This document shows, piece by piece, positions 9,687-18,587 of a stretch of DNA of 64,000 nucleotides. The DNA comes from Candidatus Hodarchaeota archaeon (GTDB taxonomy: Archaea; Asgardarchaeota; Lokiarchaeia; Sigyniarchaeales; SOKP01): assembly GCA_048886685.1 (NCBI GenBank), contig JBHLKM010000007.1, positions 96,001 to 160,000 on the forward strand, written 5' to 3'. Within the stretch, counting starts at the first letter, position 1. Each line of letters opens with the position of its first letter. The notes beneath the pieces are model-generated. The model saw nothing but the letters and a program-made list of their open reading frames with translations. It ran no database searches and was not told where the DNA came from. The position numbers and the translations under genes are program-made.

Positions 9687-10805
9687 GTGATTATTGTGGT
9701 AGATAATACTCTTGGAACACTCTTTAAAATAACCTCATTCGGAGAGAGTCATGGTGATTTAATTGGTATAATTGTAGATGGTACTCCAGCAGGGATTGAG
9801 TTAGATTTGGAATTTATCCAAAAAGAATTAGATAGGAGAAAACCCGGACAATCTTCTCTAACGACTACTCGTATAGAAGAAGATAAAGTAAAAATAGTAT
9901 CAGGTATCTTCAATAAAAGAACAACAGGGGCACCCATTTGTCTAATTATTGAAAATAAAGATGTAGATTCTTCAAAATATGAAGAGTTTAAGAATATTTT
10001 GCGTCCTTCTCATATAGACTATTCTGCATTAAAGAAATACGGACAATATTACGACTATAGAGGATCAGGAAGATTTTCTGGGAGAATAACTGCAGGATTC
10101 GTTATGGCTGGATCGATAGCTAAACAAATCCTTAAAAAATATAAAATTACAACATGTGCTTATACTAAAAGCATTGGAAATATAATTGATGAGAATGTGT
10201 ATAGCATAAGTGATTATGAGAAATTTCTTGAATTAAGAGAGAGATCTCCTGTTAGAACATTAAATCGAGAAAAATCAATATTAATGGAAAAAATAATAAA
10301 AGAAGTTAGAGCTCAAAGAGATTCGGTTGGTGGATTGGTAAAATGTATTGTTAGCGGATTCCCTGCTGGAAAGGGAGGGCCTATCTTTAATAGCATCGAA
10401 TCAAACATAAGTAAGGCAATATTTGCAATCCCTGCAATAAAAGGCATAGAATTTGGAGCAGGATTTAAAGCTTCGAGCATGAAAGGTTCTGAGCATAATG
10501 ATCCTTGGATCCTTAAAGATGGTAAGATACAGACAACAAAAAATGATTCTGGGGGGATCATAGGGGGAATTTCAATAGGTATGCCCATTGAGTTTACGGT
10601 TGCTGTAAAACCCACTGCTTCTATTGGAATCCCTCAAAAAACTGTAAATATTAATACAAAGGAAAACATAGAGTTTGAATTCTCTGGTCGTCATGATCCG
10701 TGTATAGTGCCACGAATAATTCCAGTGGTTGAAGCTATGACATCAATTGTCTTACTTGATTGTTTATTAATTGAAGGTTATATTCCAAGAGTTTTTGAAG
10801 CTTAG
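9687..10805 (+). CDS. aroC: Chorismate synthase
   Basis: FGESHG, RPSHID, RFSGRIT, DSVGG, KPTASI, GRHDPC. Confidence 0.97.
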   Translation: MIIVVDNTLGTLFKITSFGESHGDLIGIIVDGTPAGIELDLEFIQKELDRRKPGQSSLTTTRIEEDKVKIVSGIFNKRTTGAPICLIIENKDVDSSKYEEFKNILRPSHIDYSALKKYGQYYDYRGSGRFSGRITAGFVMAGSIAKQILKKYKITTCAYTKSIGNIIDENVYSISDYEKFLELRERSPVRTLNREKSILMEKIIKEVRAQRDSVGGLVKCIVSGFPAGKGGPIFNSIESNISKAIFAIPAIKGIEFGAGFKASSMKGSEHNDPWILKDGKIQTTKNDSGGIIGGISIGMPIEFTVAVKPTASIGIPQKTVNINTKENIEFEFSGRHDPCIVPRIIPVVEAMTSIVLLDCLLIEGYIPRVFEA

Positions 10806-10878
10806 AAGAATACATTAGCCATTAAGAAATTCAAAAAAAAGGGTACTCCCAGAAGAACAAAATAAGTTATGATTTATT

Positions 10879-11112
10879 ATGACAAAAACACTCCAGGAAA
10901 AGTATATTAATGCAATTATTGAAATAATAGATCGTTGGTCTTTTGAACAATGTGCTTTTTGTGAAGATGGAACCATGGTTTCTATAGAAGGCATGCTTGA
11001 TTATAAATGTAGTAGATGTGGAAAGACTATGAATCCTGTTAATTATTTAGTTGAAATTGCTAGAATTGTTTTAGATTACAGAGAACAATTTGAAAGTGAA
11101 AAAGATAACTGA
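10879..11112 (+). CDS. Small zinc-ribbon protein
   Basis: CAFC...CSRCG pairs in 77 aa. Confidence 0.7.
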   Translation: MTKTLQEKYINAIIEIIDRWSFEQCAFCEDGTMVSIEGMLDYKCSRCGKTMNPVNYLVEIARIVLDYREQFESEKDN

Positions 11113-11332
11113 TAGAATGATTAATTTACTTAATTAGTTAACTTAATCCCTAAAGCTTTGGTTTAGAAATTTAATTTCAATTATAGTATTTAATCTATAA
11201 TTCTACAGAAAAGTAGAACCTCTCTGGAAAAAGATCGAGTAGAAGAAAACGTATAAATTATAGTTAAGTTATTATAATTTAAAACACAAAATACTATATA
11301 ATTTAAACTAGATTTTTTGTAATTACAATTAA

Positions 11333-11563
11333 ATGGATAAAAAAATCGACACTTCGGACCAATTCATTGAATTTTATAAAAAAAAGGGTGATTACTTAGT
11401 ATCTTTATCAGAAAATCATTTCAAGAATGTAGAATATCGAAAATGTCTTGAATTATTAAATCAAGCATATAATATGTATATGAAAGGAAATTACACCGAA
11501 CTTGCTGAACAAACTAAACAAAAGTTCATGGAAATTAAAGAAAAATATTTTCAAAAAAAGTAA
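11333..11563 (+). CDS. Small all-helical protein (TPR/MIT-like hairpin)
   Basis: Helical pattern EYRKCLELLNQAYNMY..GNYTELAE; fold assignment is inference. Confidence 0.6.
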   Translation: MDKKIDTSDQFIEFYKKKGDYLVSLSENHFKNVEYRKCLELLNQAYNMYMKGNYTELAEQTKQKFMEIKEKYFQKK

Positions 11564-11574
11564 GTGTAATTTTT

Positions 11575-12069
11575 TTAATCCGTAATGGAATTTGTACTTA
11601 ACCTTTTCTCAATATCATCAATATGAGAACCTTTCCAATAGATTTTTTTACATTGCGAATTTAAACATTGGTAAAATTCATTATGTTGATTAAAAGTTTC
11701 TTGTAGAATAAGATGTTTGATATCGCTTATTTCCTCAACTTTTTTCATTTTGGAATTGCATATAGAACATCGTGCATGCTGAATATTGAATTTAAAATTC
11801 AATCCCAGATTTTTTTTTAACTGATTTAAGTAATTATATACACCTTCTCCTTTCAAATATATAGCATTATTGGCAAAACTCTTATAAAAAAGATAATCTT
11901 TTGTTATAACAAATCTATTAGTCTCCTTTGCAAATACTAATAATTGTTCGTCAGGGACAGGATCCCTCTTGAAGAAATCTATTAAATCATTTGCATATAA
12001 AGTATCATAACCGAATATCCTTAGGAATCGAGCTAGTTTACCTAACATCGAATCAACTAAAAATTTCAT
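11575..12069 (-). CDS. Mut7-C RNase domain protein (PIN-like fold with zinc ribbon)
   Basis: KFLVDSMLGKLARFLRIFGYD, ITKD, RCSICN, C..CKKIYWKGSH. Confidence 0.92.
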   Translation of the reverse strand: MKFLVDSMLGKLARFLRIFGYDTLYANDLIDFFKRDPVPDEQLLVFAKETNRFVITKDYLFYKSFANNAIYLKGEGVYNYLNQLKKNLGLNFKFNIQHARCSICNSKMKKVEEISDIKHLILQETFNQHNEFYQCLNSQCKKIYWKGSHIDDIEKRLSTNSITD

Positions 12070-12174
12070 ATTATTATCCCGATTATTTAATTAAATTCTT
12101 CTAGATTAAATATATTTAAAACATGTAATAAATTATATAACTGGAATTTAACGAAAAAAAATATATCACCTCAA

Positions 12175-12702
12175 ATGGAAACTAAAGACTTAATGGAAAA
12201 GGCAGCAAGGTTTCATGGACATATATGTCCCGGGTTGGCAATAGGTGTTTTAGCCGTTAAATATGTTCTAGAAAATGGTTTCAATTATTCTCCTAATGAA
12301 GAAGTTGTTGCAGTGGTTGAGAACGATAACTGTAGTGTAGACGCGCTTCAGTCGCTCCTCGGAGTCACCTATGGTAAGGGCAACTTGATTCATCAAGATT
12401 ATGGTAAACTTAATTATTACTTATATAATAGAGAAACTCAAAAAGCGTTAAAATTGTCTGTAAAAAGTAAAACTTTTGGAGACAAGAAGTTATCAAAACA
12501 CGAGCGCATTAAACATCTACTTGATTCTAAACCTGAAGAAATATTTTCAATATATGAAATAGAATTTAATCCTCCTAGTTTAGCTGAGATTGAAGAATCT
12601 ATACCTTGTGACATTTGTGGTGAACCAACTATGAATAGTAGACTTATGTTCTATGAGAATAGTAGTATGTGTATTCCATGCTATAAAGCTCAGAGAAAAT
12701 AA
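12175..12702 (+). CDS. FmdE/FwdE family protein with C-terminal zinc finger
   Basis: FHGHICPGLAIG, ENDNCSVDALQ, TYGKGNL, CDICGE...CIPC. Confidence 0.9.
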   Translation: METKDLMEKAARFHGHICPGLAIGVLAVKYVLENGFNYSPNEEVVAVVENDNCSVDALQSLLGVTYGKGNLIHQDYGKLNYYLYNRETQKALKLSVKSKTFGDKKLSKHERIKHLLDSKPEEIFSIYEIEFNPPSLAEIEESIPCDICGEPTMNSRLMFYENSSMCIPCYKAQRK

Positions 12703-12808
12703 ATAATGAGTTATATTTTGTTAATCTATGAAGTTCAAACCTCTATGTTTTCCGTTTTTATACTTGAAAAATATTTTTAAATTAATTTGTACATTAGATG
12801 AATAACTC

Positions 12809-14041
12809 ATGATTAAGAATATTGATAAAGGAAATACTTTATTAGTAAAAGGCCCTACAAGAATAACATTATTAGAGGGAAAATTAGACGTTTTTGGAAA
12901 GTTAGTTCTTCCAGAAAAGGAAATTTTAACATCAAATAGATCCGATATTGAAGATGAAAATGTTTTAATAATACCCAGTGCCCAATGTTATCCCCTCTAT
13001 GCATATGAGAATGCAAAATTAGAAATTTATACAAGTAACGAAGAAAACCTAAAATTAGTTAAAGAAAATTCAATTTCATCAGCATGGATTGATATTAAAA
13101 ATGAGATACTAGAAGAATTAAAAAAAGGAAAAGAAACACCTCTAAAAATTATGGTGATAGGTTTTAGTAGTGGTAAAACTACACTCATTAAATACTTAGC
13201 AAATAATTTTATGAAAGAAGGATTAAAGGGAGGATACCTTGATTCAGATCTTGGCCAACAAATTATTTATATCCCAACTACTATAAATTTGGGTACAATA
13301 AAAGAATATATAATTTCGAGTAAAGATATCCATTCTGAAGACACTGTATTTATTGGAGCAACATACCCTAAGGGAGATAATAAATATATAGTATCACTTT
13401 CATGTAGGAAAATGATTGATGATTATATTACAGAAAATCCAGATGTTAACTTTATTTTAATTGATACTGATGGCTGGATAAAAACTGAAGCAGGTATCCT
13501 ATATAAGAATTATTTCATAAAAACAGTAGATCCAGACATTTTAATTGCATTTCATGATGATACGATTGAAGAATTAAAGGATATTGAGAAGACTGCTTCT
13601 AGTCAAAGGAAAGATAGAAAAATTTATTTGATAAAGGAAGTAAATGAATATTTCTGTGAACGAGATAAAGATGAAAGAAGATTTCTGAGACAAAGTCAGT
13701 TTTCTAAGAAATTTGAGGAATTTAGAAAAATATCTATACCGTTAAATGATATTAAATTTATAAAAACAGATTATAATAAGGAATTAGATGAAATAGTTGA
13801 AACAGAAATAGAAATTAATGAATTAATAAACCTACCATATCATTACGTAATAATTGGTTTACTAACAGAAAATTCCGAATTAGTGGAAATTGGACTTCTT
13901 TTTACTATAAATGCTGAAAAAAATTACATATTGCTTTATTCAAACTTAACTTATAAACAGCAACTTCAAATAAAAAAAATACTGCTTGGGAGTCTTAGAT
14001 TATCTACAAAAGGTAATCATCAAGGTTACTTATATCTATAG
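12809..14041 (+). CDS. Clp1/Grc3/Nol9-family polynucleotide 5'-kinase
   Basis: TLLVKGP N-terminus, P-loop SGKTT, DSDLGQ, LIDTDGW, RxxxERRxxR clasp motif. Confidence 0.85.
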   Translation: MIKNIDKGNTLLVKGPTRITLLEGKLDVFGKLVLPEKEILTSNRSDIEDENVLIIPSAQCYPLYAYENAKLEIYTSNEENLKLVKENSISSAWIDIKNEILEELKKGKETPLKIMVIGFSSGKTTLIKYLANNFMKEGLKGGYLDSDLGQQIIYIPTTINLGTIKEYIISSKDIHSEDTVFIGATYPKGDNKYIVSLSCRKMIDDYITENPDVNFILIDTDGWIKTEAGILYKNYFIKTVDPDILIAFHDDTIEELKDIEKTASSQRKDRKIYLIKEVNEYFCERDKDERRFLRQSQFSKKFEEFRKISIPLNDIKFIKTDYNKELDEIVETEIEINELINLPYHYVIIGLLTENSELVEIGLLFTINAEKNYILLYSNLTYKQQLQIKKILLGSLRLSTKGNHQGYLYL

Positions 14042-14178
14042 TTATTTCTATGAATTAAGATAACCAAAATTCAAAAGTTCTCGCTCCAATTTATTAAAAT
14101 AAATAGAATGAGGATTTCATTTAGTAAAAGATTATAAAATAAGATTGAATTAAAATTATTATATAAATATAATATTAA

Positions 14179-15627
14179 ATGATTTACATGGAAGAGGATT
14201 TACTTACTAAGTTTCTTAAATTAATGTCATCCTCGATAACTGATTCCGATCTTGAATTAATCAAACTTGGAAACTCATTAGGCTTAGATTTGGTATCTTT
14301 CGCAGAATTAAGAGCTTCACAAGAGGACGCTTTTGTAGATCTTATTAGAGATAAAGCATTAGAGAAAATGAAAAAAAATGAAGATAATATCCTAATTAAT
14401 AACGACTTCTTTTACTCTGGGAGTATCGATTTCATGGTATCTGATGAACCTGAAGGAAAAAAATTTTTTCTGTTGGAAACAAATGGTGGGTCACATAGAG
14501 GACTGTCTATAATTACCAAAAAACAGCAAGCTTTATTATATAATGGATACCTTGAAGCCATCTATCAAGCGATTAAGAAAAAAGAAAGGAGAGACGATAA
14601 AGTTTTTGTATTAATTGGAGTACCGATTAATGATGCTTTAATCCATGAAAAAGTAATTATGATAGAGTATTTCAGAAAAACTCTTAAATCAGAAGGATAT
14701 AGTGTAAAAATTTTCAATAGAGAAAGTTTTAATATCGATTTTAAAGCGAAGATTATTTTTCTAATAGCAGATTATAGACAACTTTCTACTTCTCTGTCAT
14801 TTACTGATAATTTTATTAAATACAAAGGTGAAGAAATAAGTGTTTTAATCGGTGATGGTATTACAAGACGTATTAACGTTAAAAAATTTCAAGAGCAAAT
14901 AAAAAAAGATTTTCGAAAGATTAAAACAATAATTGTGAATCCAATTTTCAAAGTCACTGATGATAAATCTTTAACATACCTGGCGAGTTTTCTTAGTAAA
15001 GATATTTTAAAAAAGTATAATCTTAGATATTTACTGTTTACTAAAGCTTATAATGAGAAAGATTTAATAGGTAAATTAAGTTTTCTTTTAAAGAATTACG
15101 ATAAATCATTTATTATTAAACCTAGTGGGGGTTCGGGAGGGGCTGGAGTTATTCCTATTTCTAAAGATGAACAATCAACTAATTTAAAAGAAATTATTGA
15201 AACGAGTAAAAAGGAATTTTTTGCTAAATTTATGAAAAGTCGTAATCCGTACCCATACACTATACAAGAAAAAGCAAATTTTTCTTTAATTGATTGGGGT
15301 GATAAAAAACATACATTTGACTTAAGGTTTTATTTAGCTCAAAGTAGAGGGAAGGTAATACCAATTGGAGGATTAGGAAGAATTGCACGCGGGAGTTTTA
15401 CAGATGGATTGAATAAAGAAGAGTTTGTTGTTAACTTATCAGGTTATGATGGTCAAATAGAAGTGAAAAGGGGTATTGGTTTTTCTAATGAAACGAGCAA
15501 ACTGTTAAACTTAACTGAGGAAGACTTTATAAATATGTTTTGTATAGGATGTGTACTATTTGCCACGATTGTTAAAAATTATAATAAGATCGTACATTTT
15601 TCTAATTGGGATAAAATCATTGGTTAA
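14179..15627 (+). CDS. Circularly permuted ATP-grasp amide/peptide ligase
   Basis: Metal-binding IDF...LLETN motif near the N-terminus, followed later by IIKPSGGSGGAGV, YTIQE, FDLRFY, GGLGRIA, VVNLSG. Confidence 0.8.
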   Translation: MIYMEEDLLTKFLKLMSSSITDSDLELIKLGNSLGLDLVSFAELRASQEDAFVDLIRDKALEKMKKNEDNILINNDFFYSGSIDFMVSDEPEGKKFFLLETNGGSHRGLSIITKKQQALLYNGYLEAIYQAIKKKERRDDKVFVLIGVPINDALIHEKVIMIEYFRKTLKSEGYSVKIFNRESFNIDFKAKIIFLIADYRQLSTSLSFTDNFIKYKGEEISVLIGDGITRRINVKKFQEQIKKDFRKIKTIIVNPIFKVTDDKSLTYLASFLSKDILKKYNLRYLLFTKAYNEKDLIGKLSFLLKNYDKSFIIKPSGGSGGAGVIPISKDEQSTNLKEIIETSKKEFFAKFMKSRNPYPYTIQEKANFSLIDWGDKKHTFDLRFYLAQSRGKVIPIGGLGRIARGSFTDGLNKEEFVVNLSGYDGQIEVKRGIGFSNETSKLLNLTEEDFINMFCIGCVLFATIVKNYNKIVHFSNWDKIIG

Positions 15628-15630
15628 ATT

Positions 15631-16797
15631 ATGATAAACGCAGAAATTTTAAAAGATTTATTGTTTTTACCTAACAGACGTAAAATATTTGATAAAATCC
15701 TAAATACTCTAAAAAATTTTTCACATTTAAGTGATATTCATTATTTCGAATTTGATATATCAGAAGGTAAAATTCCGGTTATTGTAATTGCAAAATCATT
15801 GAATCCTGAAGAAGTTAGTTACTTAAAATTGTTTGTTGGGGCTCAGCATAATGAATACAACGGGCTCTTCGGAATTATTGAGTTCTTAAAGATGATAGAA
15901 AAATCGATAATACCTCTTGATGAAATTTTGATAAATAACCAGATTATAATTTTCGCTCCTCTGATGAATCCTTATGGTTTCTTAAATCCAAAAAATAATA
16001 ATAAATCAGGATATTATCTAAAAAATGGAACAAATTTAAATCGTTATTGGAGAAGAACTTTTGCTCCAGGATATAAGAATGATGAGAATGATTTAAATAA
16101 TTATCCCATTCCAGAACATGCTAGAATTTTATATAACATCCTTGAAAAATATTGGAAAAAGAATAATATCCCAATATACATTCTAGATTTTCATGAAACA
16201 TCATTACTTGAAAGATTTTTGACAGATTTAACTAATAATTTACAAAAGAAATCAATTACTTACAAATTTTCTCATTGGCTTAAGGAGGGAATAATCTTTA
16301 ACATTGTTAAACTATATAATATCCCTTACTCTAGAAAACCCTTATTTTATAGATGTAATTCTAATGCAGATCATACTCATATAAACTTTACAATTAGACA
16401 ATTAGATACAGTATACCAACACCTCCAAGAATATATATCCCAAAATCATGGAAAATTAGCATTCTATTTTTGTTATAGTAATAGAAGTAAGGAATTTTGT
16501 GAAAAGTTGGCATCAAATGTATATAATAGATTAACCGATATACTATGGGAAACTTATTTTCCTGCATTTAATCATCATTTCCATGACCATGGTTGTTTTG
16601 TAAACATGAATGATGCCACAAAAAGAAAAGGTGTATATTCTATGGAATTAGAGTCTCAAAAACAATTTTTTGATATTTTTGATGAAGTTGATAAGTCTAA
16701 AACAGATAGTAATTATTTTGAAAATAAAATTAAAATAATAAAAATGAGTACTCAATTAGTTGTAGAGTCAATAAGAGAATTATTAACTCTTTTCTAG
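15631..16797 (+). CDS. M14-like zinc carboxypeptidase/deacylase (AstE/AspA-type fold)
   Basis: GAQHNE, PLMNPYGF, NLNR, ILDFHE, terminal MELE; starts 3 nt after the ATP-grasp stop. Confidence 0.75.
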   Translation: MINAEILKDLLFLPNRRKIFDKILNTLKNFSHLSDIHYFEFDISEGKIPVIVIAKSLNPEEVSYLKLFVGAQHNEYNGLFGIIEFLKMIEKSIIPLDEILINNQIIIFAPLMNPYGFLNPKNNNKSGYYLKNGTNLNRYWRRTFAPGYKNDENDLNNYPIPEHARILYNILEKYWKKNNIPIYILDFHETSLLERFLTDLTNNLQKKSITYKFSHWLKEGIIFNIVKLYNIPYSRKPLFYRCNSNADHTHINFTIRQLDTVYQHLQEYISQNHGKLAFYFCYSNRSKEFCEKLASNVYNRLTDILWETYFPAFNHHFHDHGCFVNMNDATKRKGVYSMELESQKQFFDIFDEVDKSKTDSNYFENKIKIIKMSTQLVVESIRELLTLF

Positions 16798-16818
16798 TTT
16801 TTTAATTGTTAGGAATCT

Positions 16819-17001
16819 TTAAGTAATAGAAGATTGTAATTTTTCTTCTTTAGAGTCAAGTCTATTCAAACATTTTACGTGATAATAATAAGATTTTACT
16901 CCATGAAATTTGCCATATTTTACATTTCCCAACGTGAACTGAAATGTATTTCTTAAATTTTTAGTTTCAATAAATCTCCCGCATATTTTGCATTCATACA
17001 T
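16819..17001 (-). CDS. Small zinc-finger protein (CxxC...HxxC)
   Basis: CKICGRFI...YYHVKC in 60 aa, treble-clef-like spacing. Confidence 0.65.
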   Translation of the reverse strand: MYECKICGRFIETKNLRNTFQFTLGNVKYGKFHGVKSYYYHVKCLNRLDSKEEKLQSSIT

Positions 17002-17077
17002 TTAAAATAAGTTATAGATTTTATCAGAAGAAGTTTAGAATGAAGTTATTTAAACTAAACCAAATATGAAAATTATT

Positions 17078-18091
17078 TTAATCTTCTGAGTTATTGAAAT
17101 TTAAGAATCTAAGTGTTGCACCAACCAACGCAGGTTCGTTTTTCTTTTGAGAATGGCCCCCTTTTGCTAAAATCAATGCATTTTTTTCAGGAGTCTCTAA
17201 AATTAATGCATTTTCTTTAAAATTTCTGAATTTTATTACTCTATCATTTTTACAATGGATTAACATAACTCGTTTTGAATATTTCTTCCATTGATCTAGA
17301 GGAATATTGTTCTTTGCTTTTTTAATAATTAAATAGGGTGACAATTTTTTATTTTCTTCATTACTCGGAAAGAGTTTTACACCTTTCATTAAATAACTTA
17401 ATGTAATTATAGGATTGAATTTTGGAATATTTTGTTTATAATAAGACATTGAGGAGATGGCAATTATTTTCTCTACATCCTTATTTTGAAATCCTCCTCC
17501 TAACACCGTCAATGCGCCAACACTAAATCCTATACAATAGATTTTTAATTTTGAATAATCATCATCAGATTTTATCCATTTGATTATATGGTTAAAATCT
17601 TCAATCCTTTTTATAAAATCACTCCTGTGTCCCGTTTTCTTAGATTTCCCTGTGCCTCTGGCATCATATGCTAACACTACATAACCTTGATAAGCAAGTG
17701 GATAATAAAAATACTCAAGTGTTTCTTTCGTGTCTGAAAACCCATGACAAACAATAATTATCGCATTTTTTAATTTTGTTTTTGCTTGATTCTTGCTTTT
17801 TACCAGATTTGCTGACAAAAATCCACCTGCAACGTTTATTTTTACTGTTGATACTTTTAAATCTTCATGATAAAGTTTTGGCCAACGATCAAACCAGAGA
17901 TCGCGAAATGAAAAATATATTTCAAAAGGAGTATAGACGATTAAGAAGGTAGTTATTGATAATATAAAACATCTTGAGAAATCAGCAGTATAACATAGAT
18001 TTCCTAACGAGATATTTACTTCCCAAATATACCAGCAAAATAATACATCAATAAAGATTAAAATAATACGTTTGTGTGTATTTGAAAGCAA
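17078..18091 (-). CDS. Membrane-anchored alpha/beta hydrolase
   Basis: Two N-terminal hydrophobic segments; HGF, YDARGTGKS, GFSVG nucleophile elbow, D(RVI), GGH. Confidence 0.88.
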   Translation of the reverse strand: MLSNTHKRIILIFIDVLFCWYIWEVNISLGNLCYTADFSRCFILSITTFLIVYTPFEIYFSFRDLWFDRWPKLYHEDLKVSTVKINVAGGFLSANLVKSKNQAKTKLKNAIIIVCHGFSDTKETLEYFYYPLAYQGYVVLAYDARGTGKSKKTGHRSDFIKRIEDFNHIIKWIKSDDDYSKLKIYCIGFSVGALTVLGGGFQNKDVEKIIAISSMSYYKQNIPKFNPIITLSYLMKGVKLFPSNEENKKLSPYLIIKKAKNNIPLDQWKKYSKRVMLIHCKNDRVIKFRNFKENALILETPEKNALILAKGGHSQKKNEPALVGATLRFLNFNNSED

Positions 18092-18161
18092 AATATTCCA
18101 CTAAAAAAGATAATCAAGGATGATATAAATGATTAAATAATAAAAAAATAATATATTTTTT

Positions 18162-18491
18162 TTATGGCTGCTTTGGTTTTGGACACCCATAATCATGAGC
18201 AATTTTACAATCTGGTTTGCTCTTCAAACCTGGACAAGGTTTACATTTTACATCTCGTAACATCTTAACAACTTCATCAACTTCCATCCCAAATTCTTCA
18301 TCTTCAGTCTCCTCCTCGATCATTTCATCATCATCCGGTATTTCATAAACAATATCTTCTTCTAAATTATCTTTCCAATCATTTAGATCTAATATTTCAT
18401 CTCCATCTTCATCTATTTTTCCACTTGGAAGTTCAAGATCTTCTTCTTCAATTGGAGCACCCTTTTTTTTAGCCATAATTCTTATTCCCAA
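18162..18491 (-). CDS. Acidic low-complexity protein with C-terminal Cys/His cluster
   Basis: Long D/E-rich tract, then CKPC-x8-CKIAH..GC; ATG at MAKKK is the likely start. Confidence 0.7.
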   Translation of the reverse strand: MGIRIMAKKKGAPIEEEDLELPSGKIDEDGDEILDLNDWKDNLEEDIVYEIPDDDEMIEEETEDEEFGMEVDEVVKMLRDVKCKPCPGLKSKPDCKIAHDYGCPKPKQP

Positions 18492-18587
18492 TTCTAATTG
18501 ATTTTAATAATTATTATTTTGAATAAATAATATTTGTTAAAATTTAATTTTAATTCGATGATCCAAAGACAATTTTAAAATAACATT

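Noticed and set aside
14179-15627. Calling the ATP-grasp protein a true tubulin-tyrosine ligase (TTL/TTLL) ortholog
   Set aside because: Motif order is permuted relative to TTL, and the C-terminal motifs fit prokaryotic circularly permuted ATP-grasps; only a functional analogy is claimed
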